From sequence record MN871447.1: a stretch of DNA of 64,000 bases; one strand, 5' to 3'. The translations under genes were made by a program, and so were the position numbers. The notes beneath the pieces are model-generated. The model was not told where the DNA came from. It searched no databases and was given only the letters and a program-made list of their open reading frames with translations. Position 1 is the stretch's first letter; each line of letters starts with the position of its first letter. Positions 19,184 to 26,834 of this stretch are shown one piece after another.

Positions 19184-19581
19184 TCTGTTACGATAAAACC
19201 AAAATTGTTTAACGGTCGGAAAGACCCGTGATCGATAAAACGAGAATAGTTGGAAAGCGTTTCGTACCATCTCAAAATTGAGGGTGTGAGATTGTAGTAC
19301 TCAATTCCCTCAATGATAGTTAACCAACTGGTCTCAGTTTGAATATCCAGTAAATATCCCTCATAATCGCAATTTAAAATATCGTAGAGCGTTTCTACGA
19401 ACAATTCGGTATCTACATCAGAAAGGTGAAGATCACTTCTGGAGAGTGTTTGTAGCGCTTTAAAGATAGGGCCCAGCGTTTCAAAAACTTCCATCCCATG
19501 ATAACTCGCGAGTATCCGGATGAATGGCGGATACTCAACGAAAAATCGGCTACGCGACCCCCGGATAATATCGTAAGTCAT
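19180..19581 (-). CDS. Hypothetical protein
   Basis: 133-aa ORF in array. Confidence 0.7.
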   Translation of the reverse strand: MTYDIIRGSRSRFFVEYPPFIRILASYHGMEVFETLGPIFKALQTLSRSDLHLSDVDTELFVETLYDILNCDYEGYLLDIQTETSWLTIIEGIEYYNLTPSILRWYETLSNYSRFIDHGSFRPLNNFGFIVTE

Positions 19582-19783
19582 CAGGGCGACGCTCCTTGAG
19601 TTCGCGGACTAAAACTTTCAATGGCGCCGGCGAGAGTGTCACTTTCATCAGCCAGTTATAACAGTCAATTTCTTTGACTTTAGTCGCCATTAACCGGGCG
19701 GCTGTTTTGATAGCCGTTTGAGTTTTGTGCTCGCTGTACGCCAGTTGTAACGTGAGAAGAATGTGATCCCATTCAGTTTCCAT
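19550..19783 (-). CDS. Hypothetical protein
   Basis: 77-aa ORF, GGAG RBS. Confidence 0.65.
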   Translation of the reverse strand: METEWDHILLTLQLAYSEHKTQTAIKTAARLMATKVKEIDCYNWLMKVTLSPAPLKVLVRELKERRPDDLRYYPGVA

Positions 19784-19785
19784 GA

Positions 19786-20208
19786 TTAGCTCCGTGTGAA
19801 AATGTCTACCCCAAAGAATCCTGGGGCGTCTTTGTAACTGTCACCCAACTTCCAATAGTCATTGAAGGCGCGGCGTTTAAGGGTTATCACCCCTTCGTAT
19901 TCGATCAAGGTTTTATCCGTAATGGCGATATCAGCTTTGATCCCTTTATCGGTCAGTCTGAAATTACCGATGAAGTGAGAAGGCGTCACGATCTTTCTAA
20001 AACGTGCGAAGAATTCGTTAGTATTTTCCCAAGCGAGTTTAGTTAATTGAGGATTAAGTTCACCCTCAAGAACTTGTCTGGTTTTAAACGCCCTTGATAA
20101 CCGTTCGATATCGGCAGCGCGCAGGTAGTTCGGTAAGGGGAGATAAATATTAACTAGTTTACTAACATTAGCCGGTTTAAACACGTTGAATACCCTTTCA
20201 TGAAACAA
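19786..20208 (-). CDS. Hypothetical protein, possible degenerate prohead-protease-like fold
   Basis: GEL..P..., SHFIGNF, LKRRAF, GVDIF pattern. Confidence 0.5.
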   Translation of the reverse strand: MFHERVFNVFKPANVSKLVNIYLPLPNYLRAADIERLSRAFKTRQVLEGELNPQLTKLAWENTNEFFARFRKIVTPSHFIGNFRLTDKGIKADIAITDKTLIEYEGVITLKRRAFNDYWKLGDSYKDAPGFFGVDIFTRS

Positions 20209-20213
20209 AACAA

Positions 20214-20234
20214 ATAAGGGCGAAAACGCCCTTA
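20214..20234 (-). terminator. Intrinsic terminator
   Basis: AAGGGCG-TTTT-CGCCCTT followed by ATTTGTTTTGTTT on the minus strand. Confidence 0.75.
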
Positions 20235-20237
20235 GAA

Positions 20238-20405
20238 TTAAATTTTACATGCCCCGCCTTCGCAGTCATCGCTGGCTTCGATTTCGGGTTGTTCTTCGAT
20301 AAACGCTTCGGCTTTCGCTAACGCCGATTCCGCTTCTTCTTCGCTCAGAGTGAATGAATCAAAATCCAGACTTTCGTCTTTCTTTTCAGGGGTGGTTTGT
20401 GACAT
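20238..20405 (-). CDS. 55-aa acidic peptide ending in an NrdA-like redox tail (not in track)
   Basis: AAGGA RBS; MSQTTPEKKDESLDFDSFTLSEEEAESALAKAEAFIEEQPEIEASDDCEGGACKI; terminators on both sides. Confidence 0.85.
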   Translation of the reverse strand: MSQTTPEKKDESLDFDSFTLSEEEAESALAKAEAFIEEQPEIEASDDCEGGACKI

Positions 20406-20484
20406 GGTAACGCTATCCTTTCTTTATTCTAGGCGGCTTGCCTCAAAGAAAGACAGAATAAACTTAAAAAAGAAAAAGATCTAG

Positions 20485-20512
20485 GGGTGGAGAGGGTTTA
20501 CCCTCTCCACCC
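20485..20512 (-). terminator. Intrinsic terminator
   Basis: GGGTGGAGAGGG-TTTA-CCCTCTCCACCC with a T-tract on the minus strand. Confidence 0.85.
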
Positions 20513-20518
20513 ACTTGT

Positions 20519-20989
20519 TTAGTCGAGATAGAAGCAATTACCGCCTTTATTTTCGGCGACGATTTTCTTGAGCCCGTTGGTTGAGAAAACAACGAAGGTC
20601 TCCGGATGATCTTGTACGTAAACCTTAACGGTTTTTGCTTTGGTTTTCTTAACGCCTTCGAAGAACAAGCGCCAGTTACTTGCCCCAACGGTAGAAGCAG
20701 GAGAGATCATCTGGTACTTCTGACCGGCCATTTCGATAACCAGCGCGTAGCGATCATCATCGCTGGAAAGCGAGTTGCCGTTAGTACCGTTCAGAAACAG
20801 CGCTTGAACCGGCCATTGGTCGCCAGTATCGCGGCAAGAGAATGCGAGCGAAAAACCGTCGCTGTTTTCGGTGTAGAATTCCAGAGTACCCTGCTGATAA
20901 GATTCGGTCCAATTATTGACGATGGCCATGGCATTGAAGGACGCGATAGAGGACAGGGCGATGAGTGAAGCAGCAATGAATTTTTTCAT
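20519..20989 (-). CDS. Exported hypothetical protein
   Basis: Signal peptide MKKFIAASLIALSSIASFNAMA; two Cys. Confidence 0.8.
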   Translation of the reverse strand: MKKFIAASLIALSSIASFNAMAIVNNWTESYQQGTLEFYTENSDGFSLAFSCRDTGDQWPVQALFLNGTNGNSLSSDDDRYALVIEMAGQKYQMISPASTVGASNWRLFFEGVKKTKAKTVKVYVQDHPETFVVFSTNGLKKIVAENKGGNCFYLD

Positions 20990-21053
20990 GGGATAGACCT
21001 TATTAAGTTAATGTAAATAGATAGTTGAACGACAAGGAAACTGCGTCAGTGGA

Positions 21054-21362
21054 CTAGTACCAGTAATTACGGGAATGAAACGATTCTCTTGCTACCGCTT
21101 CTCTTGTTTTCTGATAAACGAGACCTTCGAAGACAGCGCGCATGATCCAGAAAGCGACATGACTGATCAGGTAGCCGATTTTACTTAAGAAACAAGTCCA
21201 ATCACGGAGTTTTCTTATCGAGCGACCTTTCCAGGAATTATCGTAAAGGACTTCTGGTGTTGCGCACTTTGCAGTTAACTTTTTGTTAGCGATGTAGGTT
21301 AAGAAAGTGATCATCGCCAGGACAGCAAAAGTAACAACAGAAATGAACAGATAGAATTCCAT
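21054..21362 (-). CDS. Membrane protein
   Basis: N-terminal TM helix plus a second hydrophobic segment; GAGG RBS. Confidence 0.75.
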   Translation of the reverse strand: MEFYLFISVVTFAVLAMITFLTYIANKKLTAKCATPEVLYDNSWKGRSIRKLRDWTCFLSKIGYLISHVAFWIMRAVFEGLVYQKTREAVARESFHSRNYWY

Positions 21363-21382
21363 GGAGTAGTCCTCGGTTTGTC

Positions 21383-21688
21383 TTAAAGTGGTTGGTAGTC
21401 AGCATCATCAAATTTGTCGTGCCACGTGCGGCGGTTCTTGCCGGACACGCGATGGCGGTTACGATGACGTTTGTGTTTTTCTTTTTGTCTTTCCGTTGGT
21501 TCACCGTAGAAAAGAACATCGTTAACAGCAGGTTCTTCGTTAACAATTTCTTCAGTACCACAAACTGCTTCGGTCGTTACCTCTTCGGTAACGACGTCAG
21601 CGGCTGTATTTTGAGTACGCGAAGTAAAGAGGTAACCAATTACAAAAGAGACAATGAAAATAACAATGAAAAGTAGCGCCGTAAACAT
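21383..21688 (-). CDS. Membrane-anchored protein with acidic then basic tail
   Basis: N-terminal TM; EEVTTE..EEIVNEE then KEKHKRHRNRHR. Confidence 0.75.
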   Translation of the reverse strand: MFTALLFIVIFIVSFVIGYLFTSRTQNTAADVVTEEVTTEAVCGTEEIVNEEPAVNDVLFYGEPTERQKEKHKRHRNRHRVSGKNRRTWHDKFDDADYQPL

Positions 21689-21717
21689 AGATACACCTTT
21701 TGGTTAAGAAGATAGCC

Positions 21718-22317
21718 TCACGAGAGGACATGTCCCATCTCGTCGAGTCCTGTTTCTTTATACGTATTAAATTTTTCAGTACGGTCTTTAGTGCAATATT
21801 TTCCTTCTCTCCTTAAATTATTACGTTCGTTACGTTTAGCCATAAGGAGTTCGCGGAAGGCCAAGAGACTAAAGTTAGAAACAATAATACTGAGATTAAC
21901 TAGTAGAATGCTCGCGGAGATAATTATTCCCACAGGGTGTCTGTTAGTAATACAAGTCAAAAGACCAATTATACTTGTACCAGTAGTTATTGATAAAATA
22001 AAACCGTATTTTTTCAAAATGCGAGTGACGAACGATTTAGTGAGTATTGTACGAAAGAATTTAATGTCCGAACTGGTCATCTTACTCCGATGTTTTAACA
22101 GACATTTAGACCATACTCGTAACTTGTAAGTGATGAATTCCGCCCATTCTTCGTTGGAGCAGTCTTGATTTATTTTATCAAAAAAATCAATGACTTCTCT
22201 TACTTGACCGACCACGTTTAAAACTTTACTAAGTTGAGCAATGCCAGATTCCCACATTTTACGCTCTTCGCTTTTATTTTTATTATTTTTCGAACCATTT
22301 TCTTTTTTAGAAGTCAT
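21718..22317 (-). CDS. AT-rich two-TM membrane protein
   Basis: 199 aa, two hydrophobic segments, AAGGA RBS. Confidence 0.7.
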   Translation of the reverse strand: MTSKKENGSKNNKNKSEERKMWESGIAQLSKVLNVVGQVREVIDFFDKINQDCSNEEWAEFITYKLRVWSKCLLKHRSKMTSSDIKFFRTILTKSFVTRILKKYGFILSITTGTSIIGLLTCITNRHPVGIIISASILLVNLSIIVSNFSLLAFRELLMAKRNERNNLRREGKYCTKDRTEKFNTYKETGLDEMGHVLS

Positions 22318-22335
22318 TTTTATTTCCTTTATAAA

Positions 22336-22623
22336 TTAATTATTTTTTTTTGATGTATTCAAACTACCATAAAACATCAAACCGATGATTCCGGTAAGGA
22401 TAGTTAAAGTTAACAGTTCGATGTTGAAAATAACTGCCCCAATAATAGAGAGGATGAAAATGGCTGAAATGACAGCATAAAGTACTTTAGTATCTTTATT
22501 ACTCTTACCTTTTTCTTCTTCGGTTTTTGCATTCTTGATGGCCAATTTGTTCATTCCAATGGCCGTCCAAAGAACAAAACTTATAACGAAGGTTAATGCA
22601 ATAATGATGATGGAAGTTAACAT
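22336..22623 (-). CDS. Three-TM membrane protein
   Basis: 95 aa, strongly hydrophobic, AAGGA RBS. Confidence 0.75.
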   Translation of the reverse strand: MLTSIIIIALTFVISFVLWTAIGMNKLAIKNAKTEEEKGKSNKDTKVLYAVISAIFILSIIGAVIFNIELLTLTILTGIIGLMFYGSLNTSKKNN

Positions 22624-22957
22624 ATTTTTTTCCTTTACTTTAAGAGTAGACTTAGACGTGAGAGAGTTGTTTGCGTTATAAGAGTCGCATACGACGATGT
22701 CCAGAACCAGACGGCGAAGCCTGTCATTTGTTCTGCAACTACCGAACCAGTAAGAGGGTTTACTGCTATTGTACCTGAACTCTGATCTTTCCTCGATTTC
22801 GGAAGAGTCAGTAGGTACAACGCCACAGCCTCGATTACAGGTGTCGGGTGGGTAACGAGAAATATCGTCTTATAACGGTTTGAGAGTGTGAGAATTTAAT
22901 TTAGCTTATCGTAAGGCGTTTCCTTCTTATCTCGTGTGCCAAGGGTGAGGTGACGAC
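22624..22957 (-). ncRNA. Candidate structured non-coding RNA
   Basis: 10-bp closing inverted repeat (22674-22683 / 22868-22877) enclosing several hairpins, in a 330-nt gap with no RBS-supported ORF. Confidence 0.45.
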
Positions 22958-23245
22958 TTAAGCGGTTACCGCTGCGTCAGAGACGTCGGTCTCGCCTGCG
23001 TCAGTCGCAGTCTCGCCGTCAGTGGCAGGAGAAATGACGGTTTTGAGGTTGTTGTAGCTATCGTGAATATAGCTGAAGATAACCAAGACCGCAAAAGCGT
23101 AGGCTGCCACTTCCATGGCAGTAGCCATGCAGAACGCGGCGAAGATTGCCAGCGCGGCAACGATCAGGGTGTCGGTGATGAAAGCAAAGATTGCTTTGGT
23201 TTTCTCAGTGAAAGAGAAAGAGAAGAACGCTTTGATTTTTTCCAT
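22958..23245 (-). CDS. Two-TM membrane protein with acidic tail
   Basis: 95 aa; AAAGG RBS; ATDGET/ATDAGET repeat. Confidence 0.8.
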   Translation of the reverse strand: MEKIKAFFSFSFTEKTKAIFAFITDTLIVAALAIFAAFCMATAMEVAAYAFAVLVIFSYIHDSYNNLKTVISPATDGETATDAGETDVSDAAVTA

Positions 23246-23325
23246 GATAATTTACCTTTTGAATTGAATAATTTAACTACGGGTGAGAGTGCACTACTCA
23301 CGCTGTTGAGAGGCAGCGCTTACTA

Positions 23326-23445
23326 CTATTTGACCGCTTTTAAGTAACCCCCTACGGCGACGGCGAAAACGCAGGCCGGGAGTAAAGCCAGGTCAAGAAT
23401 AAGTACCGAGGAAATAATCCCCAGTACCACGAAAGACGTTTTCAT
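23326..23445 (-). CDS. 39-aa hydrophobic peptide (not in track)
   Basis: MKTSFVVLGIISSVLILDLALLPACVFAVAVGGYLKAVK; GGAGG RBS; TAATG overlap with the upstream stop. Confidence 0.7.
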   Translation of the reverse strand: MKTSFVVLGIISSVLILDLALLPACVFAVAVGGYLKAVK

Positions 23446-23615
23446 TACAACGCCTCCGGTGAATGAGTTGCGTTGAAATTGGCTTTGTTAAACTGCTCTT
23501 CTGAAAGCGCTCCAATAACTCCCGCGGCGAACGCTACCAGAACTGCTGGGATGATAGTCAGTTCAAAGAAGGTGCAGATCAGCAGAGTGAGAATTAACGT
23601 GATGAAGTAAGACAT
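23445..23615 (-). CDS. 56-aa hydrophobic peptide (not in track)
   Basis: MSYFITLILTLLICTFFELTIIPAVLVAFAAGVIGALSEEQFNKANFNATHSPEAL; GAGGGAG RBS. Confidence 0.75.
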   Translation of the reverse strand: MSYFITLILTLLICTFFELTIIPAVLVAFAAGVIGALSEEQFNKANFNATHSPEAL

Positions 23616-23630
23616 GATGATTTCTCCCTC

Positions 23631-23789
23631 TTAGGATAAATAGGTAACGGAGACTAACAGAGCGAACGGCGAAACAATATACCAGACGAGCACAGAGACG
23701 AACCCGTAAAGGATGGCCATCGGTAACGATACGCCGAAACAAAGCAATGCAATGAGAGTGACAATTAATAAAAGTATACTTTCTTTCAT
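23631..23789 (-). CDS. 52-aa hydrophobic peptide (not in track)
   Basis: MKESILLLIVTLIALLCFGVSLPMAILYGFVSVLVWYIVSPFALLVSVTYLS; GAGG RBS; first gene after a promoter. Confidence 0.75.
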   Translation of the reverse strand: MKESILLLIVTLIALLCFGVSLPMAILYGFVSVLVWYIVSPFALLVSVTYLS

Positions 23790-23853
23790 TTTACTTTACC
23801 TCTTATTGGTTTAGTTATTTGGAAAAGACTTTTTCCTTTCCTATTTCACCTTA

Positions 23854-23874
23854 GCAATATATACATCAAAAAAA
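23854..23874 (-). promoter_or_regulatory. Putative early promoter
   Basis: Minus strand TTTTTTTGATGTATATATTGC; nearly identical to 2318-2338. Confidence 0.7.
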
Positions 23875-23930
23875 CTGCATTTCGATTTATTGAAGTTTTT
23901 ATGAAACATCTACCTTGGGGATTGAATACG

Positions 23931-24470
23931 ATGAAGAAAATTACGCTTTGGGGACATCCTGTTCCGTTATTGGGCTTCTTGCATTGGCTGAGTTTTTTAT
24001 TGATCTACTTCGCAGCGTTGATCATTTGCATCATTGTCACACCGTTTCTACCGGCCTTTGCGACGAAGGACGGTAAACTACCGAAATGGCTGAAATGGTT
24101 CGACACACCGGACAATAGTTTAGACGGGGATTCCGGTTGGAAAGAGAAACACTCCCTCTGGGTAAAGGTACTCCCTGAATGGGCGCAAACTTACGTCGCC
24201 CGTATCTTTTGGTTATACCGCAATCCATTGTACGGTTTTTCTATTAGCGTGTTAGGTGCACCAAAAGACAAATTCCGTCAACCTGTTTTAGAGGGTAAAG
24301 GGTTTGATGTTAAAGGCACCTATAAGTCCCATTACTGGATGGTCTACTTCATGCGTGACGACCACGTGAAGAAACGCCGGTTTAAGGTTTACATTGGATG
24401 GAAACTGAAAGCAGAAGGATTTGAGAAATACCAGTTTGCATTTCTGATCAACCCGTTCCAAACGCCGTAA
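23931..24470 (+). CDS. Phage membrane protein on the late strand
   Basis: Track 23901..24470, likely ATG 23931; N-terminal TM; WFDTPDNSLDGD and WLYRNPLYGF motifs seen in other phage proteins. Confidence 0.75.
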   Translation: MKKITLWGHPVPLLGFLHWLSFLLIYFAALIICIIVTPFLPAFATKDGKLPKWLKWFDTPDNSLDGDSGWKEKHSLWVKVLPEWAQTYVARIFWLYRNPLYGFSISVLGAPKDKFRQPVLEGKGFDVKGTYKSHYWMVYFMRDDHVKKRRFKVYIGWKLKAEGFEKYQFAFLINPFQTP

Positions 24471-24483
24471 AAGAAACAAAAAA

Positions 24484-24510
24484 AAGAGAGGGCAAACGCC
24501 CTCTCTTTTT
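24484..24510. terminator. Bidirectional terminator
   Basis: AAAGAGAGGGC-AAAC-GCCCTCTCTTT. Confidence 0.85.
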
Positions 24511-24929
24511 TATACGCGTTTTAGCGATTCAATTTCGATTATCGCTTCAATCTCGAAAAACATTCGGACAAAGAAAGTAGCGATAGACAGAATACCTAAT
24601 AAGTACTCATGGTGAACACAGAGCAGAATGAATAGCGCCACAGCCACGATTAAACGCAGCATAACGTTCATCCCGCCAGTGAAAGTCAGATGCTTCTCTA
24701 TTTTTTGGCGAAGTTTACTTTTGTTCTCTGGCGTCAGCGATATTCTTGAGAGGTCAGGGAAGGAGAAGAACTGGAAACCCAGCCAGAGTAAGCGTATTGT
24801 GATCAACGTGATCACCCAGTAAATTACTGCATCCTCTAATAACGGGATTTTCGCAATAATAAGAATAGCCAGGGCGAAGCAGGAGAACAAAGAGAGTATT
24901 TTGGAAAGTAGGGTCAGCGAGTAAAACAT
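24510..24929 (-). CDS. Four-TM membrane protein
   Basis: 139 aa with four hydrophobic segments. Confidence 0.75.
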   Translation of the reverse strand: MFYSLTLLSKILSLFSCFALAILIIAKIPLLEDAVIYWVITLITIRLLWLGFQFFSFPDLSRISLTPENKSKLRQKIEKHLTFTGGMNVMLRLIVAVALFILLCVHHEYLLGILSIATFFVRMFFEIEAIIEIESLKRV

Positions 24930-24996
24930 TTTATATCTTCCTTAACGTTAACGTTTTAGAACGTCTCCGGTTCAGAGAATCGGAGACAGGGGTAGA

Positions 24997-25491
24997 TTAG
25001 TTTTCGCAGGTCAGGACAACTTTGCCCTGGATGTGAGTAGTGCCCAGCGGCATCTCTTGTGCGTCGAGATTGATTTTCGGCGCGATAGCCAGCGTTTTGC
25101 TGTTACCCTGGATCTGCTGATTTTGAGCAGCGGCGGACCACGCGTATTCCTGGTTGTTGATGAATACGGAAGTTTGCGAACGATCGCTGATGGTCATGAG
25201 GTTATCGGCGAAGGCGAAGCGCCCGGTGTTTTGGGTCAGTTTGGCTTCGGTCAGTTTCCAGCTCTGGCGAGCGGTGTTACTTTTCAGTACGAAGTTAACC
25301 GCCTTTTGATTATCGGTACCTTGCTCGCCTTTCAGAAGGATCCCGCCGGTCTGCTGACCATTGGCAAAATCGATCCCACATGACATTTGAGTTTGGGTGT
25401 ATTCTGCATCCCACACCATTTCCTGCGCAGCGAACGCAGTAGAAGACAGAGACAGTACCAGAGCAGCCACAGCGAATTTTACGTTTTTCAT
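24997..25491 (-). CDS. Exported beta-rich protein, fimbrial-subunit-like
   Basis: Signal peptide ending AFA/A; Cys near each end; C-terminal alternating strand IQGKVVLTC; strong codon bias. Confidence 0.6.
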   Translation of the reverse strand: MKNVKFAVAALVLSLSSTAFAAQEMVWDAEYTQTQMSCGIDFANGQQTGGILLKGEQGTDNQKAVNFVLKSNTARQSWKLTEAKLTQNTGRFAFADNLMTISDRSQTSVFINNQEYAWSAAAQNQQIQGNSKTLAIAPKINLDAQEMPLGTTHIQGKVVLTCEN

Positions 25492-25535
25492 TTGTTTTCC
25501 AAAAGTGAGATTGAGTTAAGGTTTTTTACTACAAC

Positions 25536-25940
25536 TTACGGATCGACACGCATCGCACGTTGAGAATCCATTTGCTGATTCTGTTCCATGCGTTCCATTT
25601 CCATCTCTAAACGACGGATCTGTAATTCTTTTTGGCGACGACTAAGATCAGCTAACCGCTCGCAGCTTTCGGCCATCTTATCGTCACCGCCTAAGGGGAT
25701 ACTTATACTAACATACCCGCCTTTATCGTTATCTGCATAACGATACTGACTACCATTATTTCCGTACGCCCCGACGTTAATCGTTGCTTGCGGGCGGCTG
25801 ACCTCACAGCTGATATCACCGTTCTGTACGCGGCCACGGTTTTCAGCTGTGTTGTTCATGATGTAAGGCGCATCGGCAAAAGCCATTGTTGAACAAGCCA
25901 GTGTAACTGCAAAGAGTAAGACTTTATTCAACATGGACAT
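25536..25940 (-). CDS. Exported protein with SISIPLG motif and C-terminal coiled coil
   Basis: Signal peptide ending AFA/D; two mature Cys; RRQKELQIRRLEMEMERMEQ. Confidence 0.7.
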   Translation of the reverse strand: MSMLNKVLLFAVTLACSTMAFADAPYIMNNTAENRGRVQNGDISCEVSRPQATINVGAYGNNGSQYRYADNDKGGYVSISIPLGGDDKMAESCERLADLSRRQKELQIRRLEMEMERMEQNQQMDSQRAMRVDP

Positions 25941-26295
25941 TGAAGCACACCTCGGGTTGGAACTGCACGTTGGGTATTACCTGCATTGCGCAGATAGGGA
26001 CGTATTTCTGTCCATTATCGTGCTGCTGGATAAATTTGTTATTGATGGTCATCGGAAAGGTCGCTCTTTCACCACCGAAAACATATTTTTTGTAGGGGAT
26101 CCCTTTCTTATCCGCAATGACCTTATTCCCAACCCGAAAAACAAAATCACCGGATTCTTTCGTATCGATGTACATCTCAATTTGAGAATAGCCGTCCATG
26201 CCGATAGAGTTAGTTTGGTTAACTGGACCGAAGTAGTGGGCAGAGGCATTCGCCGCAAAGAAGGCAATCCCTATTAAAGCAAAGCGTGGTTTCAT
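25924..26295 (-). CDS. Exported beta-rich protein
   Basis: Signal peptide ending ASA/H; C-terminal ICA...VC pair. Confidence 0.7.
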   Translation of the reverse strand: MKPRFALIGIAFFAANASAHYFGPVNQTNSIGMDGYSQIEMYIDTKESGDFVFRVGNKVIADKKGIPYKKYVFGGERATFPMTINNKFIQQHDNGQKYVPICAMQVIPNVQFQPEVCFNVHVE

Positions 26296-26306
26296 TTTAG
26301 TTTCTC

Positions 26307-26717
26307 TTATTTACGGCGACGTTGATGGTTGTTGTTGAATTTGTTGGCGAGGGTATTAAATGATTCCTTTGAGATTTTATTTTCTTTCAAGGAGCTGATC
26401 TCGACGACATTGCGTTTATCGTTGCAAGGCCATAAAGACTCAATCAATTCTGCGGTGTCGTCTTTTTCAAGACCACGATAAATCTCTTCTAGTATATAGT
26501 AGTCGCAGAAGGCCGCCGCATCTAAAATGAGATTTGACATTTTAGCCCCTTTGAAAGGATACAGCTGACTAGCAACTAATTCGCCGTCTAAAATGTAAAG
26601 CGCCACCGAAATTTTTGGTGTGGTATAAATAGCTTTGACTTTAATCTCTTTAACAGTATAAGAATTTTTATTAATAGCTTTTTGTACGTTTTCGATAGTT
26701 TTCGCAGTCAGTAACAT
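26307..26717 (-). CDS. Hypothetical early protein
   Basis: Track 26307..26726; ATG 26717 after GGAG and an AACTAAAC box. Confidence 0.7.
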   Translation of the reverse strand: MLLTAKTIENVQKAINKNSYTVKEIKVKAIYTTPKISVALYILDGELVASQLYPFKGAKMSNLILDAAAFCDYYILEEIYRGLEKDDTAELIESLWPCNDKRNVVEISSLKENKISKESFNTLANKFNNNHQRRRK

Positions 26718-26784
26718 TAATAGCACTCCAATAGGTTTAGTTATTTTATTTACGGAAAGGTTTTATCTTTCCTAAATCACTGTA

Positions 26785-26806
26785 GCTATATAGATGTTAA
26801 AAAAAT
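26785..26806 (-). promoter_or_regulatory. Putative early promoter
   Basis: Minus strand TTTTTTTAACATCTATATAGC-TACA-GTGA. Confidence 0.6.
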
Positions 26807-26834
26807 TGGAGATGGGTTCATCTCCAATTGTCTG

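Noticed and set aside
20238-20405. Reading the 55-aa ORF as an nrdA pseudogene remnant
   Set aside because: It has its own RBS, start codon and flanking terminators; upstream DNA encodes an unrelated exported protein; only the last ~10 residues resemble NrdA. Left open as a refutation test.
22635-22826. 63-aa ORF in the structured gap
   Set aside because: GTG start with no Shine-Dalgarno; the dense nested pairing is better explained by RNA structure. Not fully excluded.
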